Source: Octopus vulgaris (taxonomy: Eukaryota). Taken from it: DNA of 64,000 nucleotides. This document shows, piece by piece, positions 1 to 14,580 of this stretch. The translations under genes were made by a program, and so were the position numbers. Positions within the stretch are counted from its first letter, which is position 1. Every line of letters starts with the position of its first letter. The DNA lies in NCBI GenBank assembly GCA_951406725.2, contig OX597821.1:11842001-11906000 (forward strand), given 5' to 3'. The notes under the pieces were generated by a model. It had not been told where the DNA came from. It searched no databases and saw nothing but the letters and a program-made list of their open reading frames with translations.

Positions 1-162
1 AAGATGAGTTAACTGTTTTGTTCCTGAACACAAAGCACCACCAATACATACCACCCTAACCGCCCAAATAAAAAGAGTTACCATATGTGAATATACAAAT
101 TCACACATGCAGGCGCACGCATACACACACACACACCCGTGCCTGTATATAGAATTATTAAA

Positions 163-327
163 GGCGCAGGAGTGGCTGTGTGGTAAGTATCTTGCTAACC
201 AACCACATGGTTCCGGGTTCATTCCCACTGCATGGCATCTTGGGCAAGTGTCTTCTGCTATAGCCCCGGGCCGACCAATGCCTTGTGAGTGGATTTGGTA
301 GACGGAAACTGAAAGAAGCATGTCGTA

Positions 328-384
<57 letters not shown>

Positions 385-618
385 TTGTGTGCGTGTGTGT
401 TTGTGAGTTTGTGTTTGTCCCCCTAGCATTGCTTGACAACCGATGCTGGTGTGTTTACGTTATCGTAACTTAGCGGTTCGGCAAAAGAGACCGATAGAAT
501 AAGTACTGGGCTTACAAAGAATAAGTCCCGGGATCGATTTGCTCGACTAAAGGCGGTGCTCCAGCATGGCCGCAGTCCAATGACTGAAACAAATAAAAGA
601 GTAAAAGTGTAAAAGAGT
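163..618 (+). mobile_element. tRNA-derived SINE (family A, CORE-like) with internal (TA)n
   Basis: A-box-like TGGCTGTGTGGT, B-box-like GGTTCATTCCC, CORE-like TTGGGCAAGTG, internal (TA)n, conserved tail ending ...GACTGAAACAAATAAAAGAG. Many near-identical copies occur elsewhere in the window. Confidence 0.9.
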
Positions 619-651
619 ATATATGTGTGTGTGTGTGTGTCTGTGTGTGTG

Positions 652-699
<48 letters not shown>

Positions 700-753
700 T
701 GATATTATTCATTAAATTACATAGAAAGAATTAACTCTAACGTTGCATATATA

Positions 754-2291
754 CAGCCTTGGCCAAAAGTATTAGGCCACCTTAATGTTTTGGAGTTCTG
801 CTACCTCAGTGTCAATGAAATTCGTGCACACCGTGGATTATGGTATATTTCACAAAATGCATTAGTTTTAATATTTGATTGACCCTCCTATAGTATCAAT
901 TACCGCTTTTATATGGTTAGTCTTGAATCAAATATTTTCTAGCAGGTGCTAGGCGCAATTTTACTCCATTCTTCTCTCAACTTTCGGTAGAAGTGCTCTT
1001 TATTTTTAGTTGTTTTGTTCCTGATAGCTTCACCATGAGTTCCCCATAGGTGTTCGATAGGATTTAGATCAGGACTTTGAGCTGGCCAGTGCATGGGAAC
1101 ATTACCCTGTGTCTCAAACCATTGGCGAGTATTCTTTGCTGAATGACATATCCTGCTTTTAGTCATTCATGGATGCAATTTAACAACTGATGGCTCTAAA
1201 ACATCCGATAACATAGAAACATAGGTAGCTGAATTCATCCTTCCCTGACATGAAAACATTTCTCCAGCTCTTCTGGCAGACATGCAGACCCACACCATGA
1301 TAGAAGCATCCCCATGTTTTATGGTCAGTACCAGACATTCAGCCTTAAATGCTTCTCCAACTCTGCGACGCTGAAAAGGTTGCACCAGATGTACCGAAAT
1401 CCTGAGTAAAAGTATGAAAAATGATATTAGCTCCATGCTGGATACTTTTATTTATATATATTTTGGACAACAAACCAATTACATTAAGTTTATATGTTGA
1501 TTGAATACATGTACTATCTTACCACATAGTTACTTTCAACAGCTCATATAAATTTCGACCATTGCTCACTGGTTCAATTGGAGTGGTGTTTGGCCCACTG
1601 AAGACGTTTTTGCATATTCGCTTCCGAAACCCAAAGCTTCTTCCTGGCTTTACAGCTTTTCAGGCCATACTCTACAAGCCTTCTTCTAACAGTTCTGGCT
1701 GATATTTGTGAAGTACCTGCCTCGTTGAAATCTACACAGAGCTCCCACGATGTTTTTCTCCTGTTTTTGAGTGATTGACGGATGACGGATCTGTCATCAG
1801 GAGGTGATGTAAACTTTTTTCTACTTGTTCTTTGTATTGTCTTCACATCTTTTCACATCTTTTCTCTCACTGAAGTGTTTGAGAGCCATTTGCACCGTAC
1901 ATCGAGAACATTTCATCTTCTGAGCAATTTCCCTTTGAGACGTTCCATCTTCATGGTGAGCTACAACTTGACCTCGCTCACACTGACTCACACTCACTCA
2001 ACACCCTTGTTTTAGGCGTTTTACTGTTTATTAACTGTATCTACGACGTAAAACTCTGGAATAATCAAGGAAACATAAGCTAATTTTGGACGTTGGTCTT
2101 ACTCATAATTGGTTGCATATGTACAGAACAGTATAAATGCGGTAATTGTTGCTAGGGCAGGGTCAACTAGATATTAAAATTAATGTATATTGTGAAATAT
2201 ACCATAATCTACCATGTGTACGATTTTCATTATCACTGAGATAGCAGAACTCCAAAACATTGGCTTGGCCTAATACTTTTGGCCAAAGCTA
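754..2291 (-). mobile_element. Decayed Tc1-family DNA transposon with ~160-bp terminal inverted repeats
   Basis: TA then CAGCCTTGGCCAAAAGTATTAGGCCA at 754; inverted copy ends at 2291 (TIRs about 754-915 and 2130-2291). Minus-strand ORF pieces give the Tc3-like HTH (ISARTVRRRL), KHGDASIMVW and WPAQSPDLNPIEHLW. Confidence 0.93.
939..1955 (-). pseudogene. Tc1 DDE transposase pseudogene with a putative intron at 1402-1522
   Basis: Fragments 1574-1846, 1167-1436 and 939-1166 are separated by stops and frameshifts. The first catalytic Asp region reads WSKFI*AVESN. Confidence 0.88.
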
Positions 2292-2323
<32 letters not shown>

Positions 2324-2397
2324 AACAGACTCGGACTTGGACAATACTGGACAGACTGAATCTTAAATATTTCTTATATATACACATATATATAATG

Positions 2398-2436
<39 letters not shown>

Positions 2437-2451
2437 ATATATATGCAGATA

Positions 2452-2498
<47 letters not shown>

Positions 2499-2515
2499 CA
2501 GACATACATACATAC

Positions 2516-2588
<73 letters not shown>

Positions 2589-3561
2589 CAGCAGAGTGAA
2601 TTCTTGCTAGCAATTCAAAAGGTGATATCAGTTAATTATCCAACGTTTACTAAGGGGATATAATTCGGAGGAAATGTGCTTAATATTTCAAACAGTTCGA
2701 TATAGGAGATTCTCCGTTGGCTCCTATTATTCTAAAAAACAATAGTTCTAAGAGAAAATAAATGTAGTAGTTTTAACTAGAAATCAAAATACCACTGCAT
2801 CAGCGTGGTCAAACTCAATTTCATCGTTTTATAATGTGGTTTTAGAAGTACAAACATACGGCACTGCTGACCTTAGTAAAGTAATATGGATTCAAATGTA
2901 ACAGAAACTATGTTACAAAATCAACGCGTCTACAATAGAAGAGGAATAACTATTTAGTTTCTCGTCTAATCTTGATACACACAGCAAACTGAAGTTCGGC
3001 ATTATTACGAAAAGTGAGCAGTATAGGTGAATAAATAGTCTTCAAGAGAAAAATGAAAGCCAACTGGTTTTCTTTCACCGAAAGGTGCTAGACAACAACC
3101 AAGAAATGCATATGGAAAATGAACATTTCATTTCTAATTTCGTTAAATTTAAAATGCTGATATAAATACAAGACTAAAATAAATATCAGGAAATGTAAAT
3201 ATATATTTATATTTATTTAACACAGTTATTATAGACCTGAATAATTATTCTGATAAAATATTAATATAGTTTTATGAATTTTTCTTGTATCTTTCTTCTT
3301 GCATACCAAGATAATATTGAATAGCTATAATCAAACACACTCACTAGCACACACACACACACACACACACACATAACACACACACGCATACACATACACA
3401 GATATACACGCACACGCAAAAACACAGGTACACACACACACTCAAATATAAATATCTACGTATGCATACATAAACAATATATATATATAAATAATTATAT
3501 ATGCGCACCACTTCACATACACACACAATCATACACACGTATATATATATATGCGCATATA

Positions 3562-3654
<93 letters not shown>

Positions 3655-3729
3655 TATATATATATACATATACAACATACATATATATATACATGCATAC
3701 ACACATACGAACATACATACATTCATATA

Positions 3730-3811
<82 letters not shown>

Positions 3812-5358
3812 TATGCCTATATTGTGGGGTTTTGCGTCTTCTTGTGTGTTTGGGTTTCGTATTCTTAACTACTGTGAACGTACGAATGTACGCGTATTTC
3901 CATATGTGCATATGTGTGCTTGTGTCTGCGTATGTCTATAGATGTATGTACATGCGCGTTTTTGGTTATGTGGGTTTTAGTATCAGATAAGGAAATAGTT
4001 TCATTATAGATAATCTGATTGTTACTGGCGATATTCCATTGTTTATACCAGCAATATCGCAATGTTTGTAGCAACCCAGACGTATCGGTTATTTGTAATA
4101 GTCAGATAATTTGGCGTGACGAGATATTAGTTGTGGTATAAAACAGTTTTATATCGCATAGTCTGAAAAACTTGTGATATTCAGATAACTGATAACTTCG
4201 GTTTTTGTATTTTAGGGATATTTTTAATGAACGTAACGAATGTTTTCCAATATGAAATTAAAATGGATCTCGTTCAGTTTCGACGATAACATTTCAGATG
4301 TTCAATAAAATAAATAAACTATCATATAAGCGTGTAAGTAGGTAGCATCAAATAAAGGCATTTAACTTTAACGAAATTCGCGGTCGCGACATCCTCGGTC
4401 AAAATGTAGCAAGGTGGAATCTTTGAATTACAGTAATAGACCATGTGATGGCTTTGCATACGATTTTAACCCTTGAAATCTAGCTCGAACTGAGAATGAA
4501 GTTAAGCAAACTTGCCGAAAATGCCCAGCGGAAAGAGAAAGCGGAGTCAGTTCCACTTTTGAAATCGAAGTGAAAACGAAGTAAAATCAAAACTTTTCAA
4601 CCCACTGGATCGACAACGATTTCTTGATAATATAACGTATTTATTTTGCAGCAATGCGTAATATATCTATAAAGTGTAAATACGAAACACGCGAGAACAC
4701 TTTCATTTTTTCCGTATCTCAGGCTAAATAATTTTTCTTTTTAGTCAAGACTAGAACAGAACATTTCCACCCTACAAATTCACTCCAAGGTAACTCTGCA
4801 GGAGTTGAGTATGTTGCAAGGGTTTTGGACAGGGTCTTCAGTCACAATATTATTTGTACCTACTAGTTACAGAGCCTACGAAAGGGGTCAACCATCACGA
4901 GTATTAATCTTTGTCTTCATAAGGGACAAATTATAATACACAATGACAAACAGTATTTCTTTTTACCAGACCAATATGCTGTATCCTTGAGTAACCTTAG
5001 CCAAGTGCAGACAAATACATGTAGGATAAAACAACACACAACAGAAAGAAATTAAGAGAAACTAAGATTCGACTAGGTGGAAAATGCAATATAATATGTA
5101 AAACATAACCCAAGTGCAAGAGCAAATTAAGACAGACTAATTTAAGTTCTGCCATGTAAAAGAAGGTTCTGACATGTAAAAGAAGGTAGTGGAATGTGTG
5201 ACGGAATGGTACACTGTTATATAAGTAAAGGATACATTTTAAACACAAAGTTTGCAGAAGCGAATATAATCTAAGATAAAATAATGCAAAATTTATTTGC
5301 AACTTCTACGATAGAGTTTGCAGCACCTTACGCTAGTGAATATTTATATATGTAGCTA

Positions 5359-5917
5359 TTGGTTTGTCCGGAAAGTTCGCGCCGATATTTAAAGGAAAGA
5401 AAAAGGTCAGTAAATACTTGCCATTACATTTTTAATCAACCAAACATGAACCATTTTGTTGCACAGTGCGTCTCTATTCTACCTTTAACTTGAAAATACT
5501 CTCTTCCCAGAATTGAGGTGATTTCATGGCAAAGAATTCACCAGGGTATCTTTTTGTGTCATCCAAGGAATTGAAATTTTTACCATTAAGACTATTCTGC
5601 AGAGACCTGAATAAGTAGAAATCCGAAGGAACAATATCTGATGAATATGGAGGGTGGGATAACACATCACAGCCGAGTTGCAGCAATTTTTGTCTGGTTC
5701 CCAAAGCATCAAGTGCCGAAAATGAACTTTCTTATCTTCCAATTTAAAGGGTTACAGAATTAACACAGACTATAGGAACATAAACCTTCTTCCACGAAAA
5801 GCTTGCTTAAACCGTGCTCTAAATGTAGTCAAATCCTATTTTATGGACTCAACCATGTTCTAAAATAAGTCGAAAGTAAGGTACCATAAATCGGTACGAA
5901 CTTTCCGGACAACCCAA
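5359..5917 (-). mobile_element. Internally deleted mariner element (TA...TA)
   Basis: TIRs TTGGTTTGTCCGGAAAGTTCG / CGAACTTTCCGGACAACCCAA are flanked by TA. The N-terminal MEDKKVHFRHLML is joined directly to the C-terminal HPPYSSDIVPSDFYLFRSLQN (HPPYSPDLAPSDY motif). Confidence 0.9.
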
Positions 5918-5922
5918 TATTA

Positions 5923-6028
<106 letters not shown>

Positions 6029-6105
6029 TGGCAAAAACGGTAAGATAACAAAAAAAGAAAGAGACCTCAATATTATGTAAATAGAGGAAATTTATCTATA
6101 AAATA

Positions 6106-6278
6106 ATATGTTACATTTACTCAATAGTCAAGATAATACTGAGTTTCAGATGCCGAAGTGGAAATCCACAACAACATCTCTTCGGTTATCCAGATAACCG
6201 AAGAGATGGTGTTGTGGATTTCCACTTCGGCATCTGAAACTCAGAGTTTTATCTTGACTATCGAGTAATGTAACATAT
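6106..6278. repeat. Near-perfect fold-back (~85-bp arms, 2-nt spacer) carrying a hammerhead-like motif; probable PLE terminal-repeat inversion
   Basis: Arms mirror around CA at 6191-6192. The plus arm reads AGATAA CCGAAGA GATG..CATC T GAAAC TCAGA GTT TTATCT. Confidence 0.75.
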
Positions 6279-6511
6279 ATATATACTTGTATTATTTTCT
6301 AATCGCTGCACCTCCCAACCGGCATTAGTTTGATGGCGTCCTTGAAAGTTTATAGTCCGGCAATGACTGATAGAATAGATATCAGGTTTTAAAAAAATAA
6401 CTGGACTTGATTTGTTCAATTGAGCTTTTCAAGACTTTGACTTGGCATGGCAACAGTTTATTAAATCGAACCCGGAAAATAATAAAATGCGAAAAAATAT
6501 ATATACGAACG

Positions 6512-6545
<34 letters not shown>

Positions 6546-7659
6546 AAGAGAAAGAGAGAGGGGTAGAGGGGGAGAGGGGGAAAGGCCTAGGAGAGATAGA
6601 CAGAGAAAGTGAGAGGGAGAGAGAGGAAGAGCGAGAGAGACAAGGAGAAAGAGAGAGAGAGAGAGTGAGTGAGAGAGAGAAATAAGAAAATGATCTATGT
6701 GTGTTTGCATGTTTTATATTTGTGTATTCCTGTGCAGCTGTTGATCGTCGTTCCAGAATAGTTATGGATGCGCGTAAAAACCCATTTAACTGCTTGTGTT
6801 CTGTTTTTTTTTTCTTTATAGCTTTATGTGGATTATTTCACAATGTTTCATCATTGCTTTCCTTAATTGATTGTTGTTCCATAGTTTGTATCACTATTCG
6901 GCTGTCAAATTTATTCTGCATCATTTGATTTTAAGTTTTCTGTAGCAATGAATGTGTAGAGACAGCAGCTGCAAATGTAGCTAGAATTATTTAGAATGTA
7001 GACCGTAAACAATAGATAATCTATGGCTGCCTATAGCTTAATGTAAAATCGTAGACAAATTCGCAAACTTTGATGCATTAGATATAACTCCGTCACAGAG
7101 ATATTTCGTTTCGATTTCTCTTAGTAGTATGATGCATATTTTCAAGCAAAAGATAAACAACTCAACAGTCTAGTGATGGATTCTGTTTCAAATCTCTGTC
7201 GCTGCTATTTTCAGAAGTGACGAATGCACTTTCATATATTTTCTGTGAAATAAAATTATGAACAATCAATCCTTTTCATGATACTAACGGTAGGGGTACA
7301 GACAATATATAACATACTGGTGTAACTCGTGATGGGTTCATAACCAAAGATGATGGCTTCTGTATTCGGTTTGATTTCCGAGTCGTCTTCTACTTAAATC
7401 ATAAGTATATCTGGGTCATGGCAAAGAAATCTATTACACAAAATCAATGTGGAAGCCTTTTGGAGAAATTGTTCTTCTTTTGAATCGTAGATGGAATACA
7501 TTATCCATTTTAATATCAACAAAAACCGTTGAGAAAATTATGTTGTAGAATATGTAAAGTGTGTTCGGTATAAATTTGATAGTTGGCACAAGAAGGAAAG
7601 AAAATAATATCACATCGAAAAACAAAATAATTTGAAAAATATGGAAAAATATCAGCTAG

Positions 7660-8800
7660 ATTATTACGGGGAGATAACAGTTTACTCAAAGTAGCTGCCC
7701 TCAGTTTCCGCTACTGCCTCAAAGTGGCTCCAGATCCTGGCACAGGTGTTCCTCACTGCGTCCCTAGGAAGGTATTGGAAAAACCTCCATGATCTTGGCT
7801 ACCAGCTCAGCCTTAGTGTTGCAGTCTGAGGGACCTGTAACTCCTCAACTACTCCCCTCTCAGAGTAATCCATCATAATACAGCAGGGTAATTAGGAAGC
7901 CATAATTTAGGGCTTCGGAAGATGTAGAAATTATCCAGTAACCACTTCTCACTCTATTCAGAGATGTGGAAAAGTGCCGTATCCTACTGCCACACATAAT
8001 ACTCTCAAGATGCAACCCCCCTCTCCAACCATGTTTTTACCCCATTCTCCAGCAGCTTCACATACCAGATTGAATTGAGCCTAGGACCCTCTTCGAATAT
8101 GTGGGGCGGCATGACGTCACCCTCGGTACAGACACACAAAAAGACCATCACATTTCGGGGTGAACTTGAATATCATGATATGTGGGGCCTCATATGGATT
8201 GTAGGCAATCACCTGCTGTTCTGTGTGTTGTATCAAATATCTTGGCAATCTTTTCTTTTCATCTGAGAAAAGTCATACCATTCCCGGCACAACAGCATGC
8301 TTTAAGCTGTTCGGAATCTATTTTGTCTTCGTTGAGAGGATTTCCTGGGACTTAGATGTCAGAATTTTGCGCTTGAGCTTATTGTAGATGTTATAATGAA
8401 GATCCTCATGCGGTACCAGTTCCATGGTGCGGACTCCAACACAAGACGAAATTCCCTTCTTCAGATGTTTCATTAACATATCCTGCATCAGTTAAATAAA
8501 TACCGGTGTGCGGACGTATTCAGAACGCCCCAGTGTCCCATTCTACTGGCTACGGCTTCGCACTATCCGTTTTAGTTGTCCTTGTCATGTCTTACAGTAA
8601 TTTTTATGTTTACAGGGCGTTCGGCAGCAGTCATGATGTCGCTACTTTCATACCCGGTGTAATTCATCATGTTACAGGGTATTATTTGTGAAATATTCAA
8701 ATGGCTCCCAGTCCTCCATGTCTGCGATTGTCTCAATTACAACCTTAATCTCTAAGCTCTGCGATGTCGTTGACTGTGCCTTAATACGCTAAACTGTACC
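7660..8800 (-). mobile_element. Highly decayed maT/DD37D-like Tc1-mariner relic
   Basis: Minus-strand remnants (HIFEEGPRLNSIWYVKLLE, YVWQ*DTALFH, LWLPN) parallel the better-preserved copy at 31889-32590. Confidence 0.55.
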
Positions 8801-9049
8801 TAAAAAAAGAAAGAATAAAAATGACCAAATCTAGCCTGAACAGACGATATGTTGTTGAACGTATACGGACGAACATGTCAAATTTTATTCATTCCATCAA
8901 ACATTCTCAAGGTCTTGAAAATGCATGTAGTTGTTTCCGACCCAAAAGTAACTAAATCATATGAAAACAGATAATGATGATGATGAGGAAGAAGGTGTGG
9001 ATGACGATGGTTATAATGATGATGACAACAATGCAAGTAATAATAATAA

Positions 9050-9997
9050 TAGCCCGTTTGATTCCAGGATCGAAAAGAACGAGGAAGAAAAATAATCTCT
9101 TAAAATTTGAAATAAGAAGAATTTAGAGTATGAGAATTGTAGAAGTCGTGCCTTTAATAATTGCTGCATTAGGAACTGTGAGCAAACATATAGACAAATG
9201 GCTGAAGGAGATTGGAAAGGAATACCCTGTAGAGCACCTAAAGAATATTTGTCTCTTAGGGACAGCAAGGATTATCAGAAAGGTTCTAAGCACTTAAGAA
9301 ACTACGGAAAACTTGTAGATACCTAAGATAACAGGAAGTAACCCTTTATCCACATTAACCCTACCAGGAATAAGACCGAAGTTGAGCCAAACCAAACAAC
9401 AACGACAGCAACAACAACGACAATAGTAATATTGATAATAATTGTAACTATTAAAAAAAGTAAAGGGAGAACGAGATCACTGTACAGGCATCGAACTGGA
9501 GGATCAACCTTATGAAAGAGAAAGTGCCTCTGCTGTGCCGCATCTGCAATAGAGTTGATGAAACCATTTCTCGCGAAAGAATGATCTAGACTTGCCGCAA
9601 ACCACTTCAAGTTGTGGCGACAGGATCTGGTAGCGAAAGTGCTACGCTGGAAACTGTGCTAAAAGTAGGGGCTTAAGAGAGGCAAGATGTGGTATGAGCA
9701 CAAACCGTAGAAAGTGGTGGAGTCGGAGACTAGGAAAATCCTCAAAGATTTTCCAATCCAAAGAGATCAGGTGCTAGAGCATAACAGAATGGGCGACATG
9801 TGATATATATTTAATGTGGCATGCCCCTTTGACCACCGAATAGTCAAAATGAAAGATAAATACAACCGTCTTAAGTACGAAATAGCCCGACTATGGAAAA
9901 TGAAGAAGGTGAAGATAGCGCCAATTATTGTTTGGTCCTTGTGAACAGTATCAGAAGGCATCAAGAGGAATGTAAAGAATATTGGAATAGAGTCAAG
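9050..9997 (+). mobile_element. Two R4/Dong-like non-LTR retrotransposon 3' fragments (zinc knuckle and restriction-like endonuclease)
   Basis: 9470-9997 aligns by eye with 53810-54400 (LCRIC..., HFKLWRQDLVAKVLRWKLC). 9050-9320 is a 3' end of a related family. Confidence 0.75.
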
Positions 9998-10118
9998 CCC
10001 CGTGGAGCTTTAGGTGTTTTCGCTCAATAAACACACACAACGCCCGGTCTGGGAATCGAAACAGTGATCCTTCGACCGCGAGTCAGCTACCCTAACCACT
10101 GGGCCATTGCGCCTCCAC
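9997..10118 (-). mobile_element. tRNA-derived SINE family C, head only
   Basis: Reverse complement starts GTGGAGGCGCAATGGCCCAGTGGTTAGGG with B box TTCGATTCCC. The same head occurs at 44356-44741 and 61748-62018. Confidence 0.85.
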
Positions 10119-11367
10119 TAACTACCAAGTGGCAAAACTTATAACGTACTGAAAGGGACCCTGTGAGACACCTGACAGCAGGCTCTGTACATTCTCACAG
10201 AATCTACCTGAGCAAACAAGATCGAACGCTCTGAGAAGTAAAACACCAACAACAACAATGACGACGGCGATGATGATAATTAAGATGATAGTGATGATGA
10301 TGATGATGATGATTTTTTAAAGAAGATGTATGAATATAATATTTTATGAAGTAAGCCTTGTTAAACAGAGTTTTCGCTCTGGTTTCCCGGGATAATATGT
10401 TGAAAACACCTGCTTCTCATGCATACAACCTATTATAGTTAACGTTCATTGTTGATATAGTCGTTATTCCCAATAGATTGCCTAAGTCAATGAATACAAT
10501 ATAAAGTGCTCTCTTCGGGAATAAAACAAAACGCACAAAAGGAATTTAGCATAAGATTTATAGGTGTAAATGCTAGCACAAGATAAATGCTGTACACGAT
10601 AAATCATATACGCCTACAGTTTTAAATATATAATATGCCGATTTATTCACACATGGAATATTCTCTATATTGCTGTCCACATTAATTTAATACTTTTAAG
10701 CATTTTAATGATGCTATTACAAATATATTACGGTCTAAAACCAAAGGAAAGATTTTGAAAATCTAGAAATATACTCTGTTTAAAATGACAGCCTTTGTAT
10801 TATTGCTACTGGTTTTAAAATTCCAGGAAGTTAGTTAATCCTTACCATTGATTCCACTGTTTGACTCTTCATTTAGTTTGTAAACTCGTGGGATTAAGTG
10901 TAACGTTGATTGAGTAGGTTTTTGTAGTAAGACAGCCGAAAGCTAGAACAAATATTATACAGGTATTTTATTCGATGCTCCAACGGTTGACAAAAATGCC
11001 AAATTTGACGATGGTATATTACAAACAGTTATATGAATATTATTCATTGGATTCAATGCCTCGAGCATTTAGAAACCATTACTTGTTAAGTATTTAGCTG
11101 TCTCATACAAACTACATAATTACGTTTATTTCCTCCTTAATCAACGAGAAAATTAAATACGTTAATTATTGCTCGCGTATGAAAGTAATGTATGTTATAA
11201 TTGTAATGTATATGCAAATTCGCAGGAAGAAGAGCAGCATATATAAGAGTCTATGGGACGTTAGACACAGAACGTATGCAACATATACCTAAGTGCATAC
11301 ATACCCCCATATTTGCTTGAATGCATAGGTGTGCATTTACGCATAAATTGAATAACTGAATGTACGA

Positions 11368-11429
<62 letters not shown>

Positions 11430-11649
11430 AAAAGTTAGAGAATGGAGTAGATAAAATCCGAGTTAAATATGATTCATAGTAAGCGGAACCTCGGAAGTAG
11501 TAATTATCGAAACAAAGAGGAGAATGCCAGCTACACTTCAGGCTAAGGATACATTGATTGTATGAAGTTTACATTGTGCTAACTCGCTGGGGTTTCTACC
11601 AAAGTACGTAGGAAGCTCAGTTTGAGAGGAAAACACATTTGTGAAGAAG

Positions 11650-11758
<109 letters not shown>

Positions 11759-12340
11759 ATAAGGAGACGGTAAGATTGTTATGGAGAAGAAGAATACGAG
11801 TAAAGTGGGTTGGGGAAATAAGGTTTGGTATTGAAATTGGTTAAGGAAATGTCTTTATGAATTTAGGCTGGGGTCAATCGCAGGTCTGTTGTAGGATAGA
11901 TAAGTAAACATATTATTTATTTAACCTTTCAGACTGTATCGTTCTCCAGAGAAAGATGTAGAATAGTTGGCTGAAATCCATTCATAATGAATGTAAGAAA
12001 CTGTGAACTTCATACGTGAATAAGATATGATAGGAAAACAGCATGCGAAAGAAGGAAAGAATAATGCAGTAAGAGGAAGCACGCAAATTGATGTGAAAGG
12101 AAAAGGTGATATGAGTTGAAGGGCAATGAAACGGTTTAACGAAACAAGAGGAGGTGAAGAAGTAGAAGGAAAACATTCATTTAAACCGGTCGGTGCAAAA
12201 GGAAACATTTGTTTACGCCTTGAAATATGCATCCATGGAGCGAAGCGATGCTTCACATACATAAATGAGTAATTGTAGGGCCTGTAGTAAAGAAATAGAC
12301 AGAAACTTTTGCTCTTCGAATTTATTTTTCACTGTCAACA

Positions 12341-12376
12341 CTTCCTCGAAGAAGGACACGTGTCCGAAACGTAGAA
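12341..12376 (+). ncRNA. Minimal hammerhead-like motif (variant core) at the end of a probable PLE relic (~11760-12465)
   Basis: TTC CTCGAAGA AGGAC ACGT GTCC GAAAC GTA GAA. Stem II GGAC/GTCC and GAAAC-GTA are present; the core is non-canonical. Confidence 0.5.
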
Positions 12377-13046
12377 CTTTCTACACCACATGGCACGAAC
12401 ATTGTACTAATCTTTATCAATTTTACTACATTGTATACGTCTTACCATCGGACGTCAATGCTACTATATGCATATACAAATGTCCTTTCAAATATATACA
12501 TACATATATACAAATATATATACATACATACAAACACACATATATGCACATATATATATGCATATACTTGCGTGTATATATGTATATATGTGTGTATGTA
12601 TGTATATATGTATGCATCAATATACGGCTGCCTACACAAACGCGTGCGCACACACTAGTACACACACTCACGCATACACACACACACATATATATATAAA
12701 TATAAATATACATATGTGTGTATATATATATATGTGTATATATATACAAATATACATATGATGAACCCACATTCTGGTAGATTAGCGCATGACTATATGA
12801 TATGGCTACTACTGCATAGCCGTACATGAGCGACATTGAAAAAAAAAAACAAAAATCAAAACCGAAGCAACCGAATAAAAGAAAGGAAAGAATGGAAGAA
12901 GAGAGAGAGAGGAGTTAAAGAGCGAGGGGGTCACGAATGGCAAAGAAAGAGCTTTTGACAAACAGACAACCAGTTGCAGCATGTTTAGCCAGCACATTAA
13001 GGAAATTTGTGTTACACTCCCCAAATCAGTAGAAAACACAATGTTC

Positions 13047-13049
13047 TAC

Positions 13050-13128
<79 letters not shown>

Positions 13129-13129
13129 C

Positions 13130-13163
<34 letters not shown>

Positions 13164-13168
13164 CTCTC

Positions 13169-13204
<36 letters not shown>

Positions 13205-13205
13205 C

Positions 13206-13268
<63 letters not shown>

Positions 13269-13290
13269 CCTACCTGTCTATCTGTCTGTC
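13047..13290 (+). repeat. (TATC)n microsatellite
   Basis: Direct tetranucleotide array. Similar arrays at 17215-17372, 57592-58175 and 60865-60925. Confidence 0.97.
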
Positions 13291-13596
13291 TAATGTATTT
13301 GTGTATGTATGTGTGTTTGTGTGTTATTGCATTCCAGTGTGTGGTTTTCTGATGAAGCATATATAAGTATCAGTGAGTTATACGCATAACAAGAAATATT
13401 GCCAGAATATGGAGACTATAAGATGTGCCGAGTCCAGTATTTAATGTATCTATAATGTCTATACACGTATCAGTGTGTTCTGCATGTATTCGTGCTAATG
13501 TATGTATACATACACACATACTTACATACATATGCATATATACATACTTATAAATACACACACGCACGTGCGCGCACACACACTCACATATATAAA

Positions 13597-13629
<33 letters not shown>

Positions 13630-13698
13630 GTACATATGTATATATGCATACATATATATGTATATACATAGGCATACATATATAAATATATATTTATT

Positions 13699-13733
<35 letters not shown>

Positions 13734-13814
13734 GAGATATATGTTTATATATTTTTGTGTATATATATATATATATATGTGTGTGTATGTGTGTGTGTGT
13801 GTATGTATCATGTG

Positions 13815-14580
13815 TTTTGAAGACAGAGAAAAAGATAACTGGTTTAAAACTGTTTATACTTCCTATAAACCTCTTGTCATTAAGTTAAGAAAGCCTCAAT
13901 GATATCTCACTGGTTACAAACAAAAATACCAAAATTACATACAGTTTCTATTCGGATGACTTGAAACTTTATGCAAAAAATATGAATGAGAAGAAAAAGA
14001 ACATTCTCAAAGATGTAGGGGTGGAGTTTGATCAGAACAAACGACGTTATACGGTTGTGAAAAGGGGGAAAGTGTAAACCAGAGTAGCAAAATCTCCATC
14101 AATGATTTGACTGTTTTCATTTTATCTGACGACGAATATTACAGGTATCTAGGGGTCTTACAATGTCCCCCGTAATAAAACACGTGTCACTAAAAATATT
14201 ACACCGAATAAAGAAACTTTGGACTTCAGAACTCTCTGCATTCAATAAAACAGTGGCCCACAATGTGCTTGCAGTGCCAGTATTCATGCCAACATTTGGG
14301 CAGCTTGACTGGTTATTTGATGAGATCAGATGTGAAAATCCCAAAAATACTAACACGCACACATAATTTCCTCATAAGCGGTGAATTAGAACGTGTCTAC
14401 CTAAAACGAAAACAAGGCGGCAGAAGCTTAACATCGATCCAAAATGCCTTTGAATGTCGTATCATATCCCTTCGGCAACATCTTTTAACCACCAAGTGTT
14501 GAAGTGCATCATTTGAGCAAATTTTCATACATGAGGTTCATAACATCATAAAACGGCTCCTTGAGCAACATTCCTTGATA
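13815..14580 (+). mobile_element. R4/Dong-like LINE reverse-transcriptase fragment (decayed)
   Basis: Remnants DDLKLYAK, YRYLG, NVLAVPVFMPTFG and ERVYLKRKQGGRSL match R2/R4-type RT motifs. Confidence 0.75.

Noticed and set aside
163-240. tRNA genes at SINE heads
   Set aside because: A/B boxes are present but there is no full cloverleaf, and each runs into a SINE body.
4745-4845. Minus-strand CTGAAGA...GAAA with a long paired region
   Set aside because: Stems I and III are not supportable; too degenerate to call.
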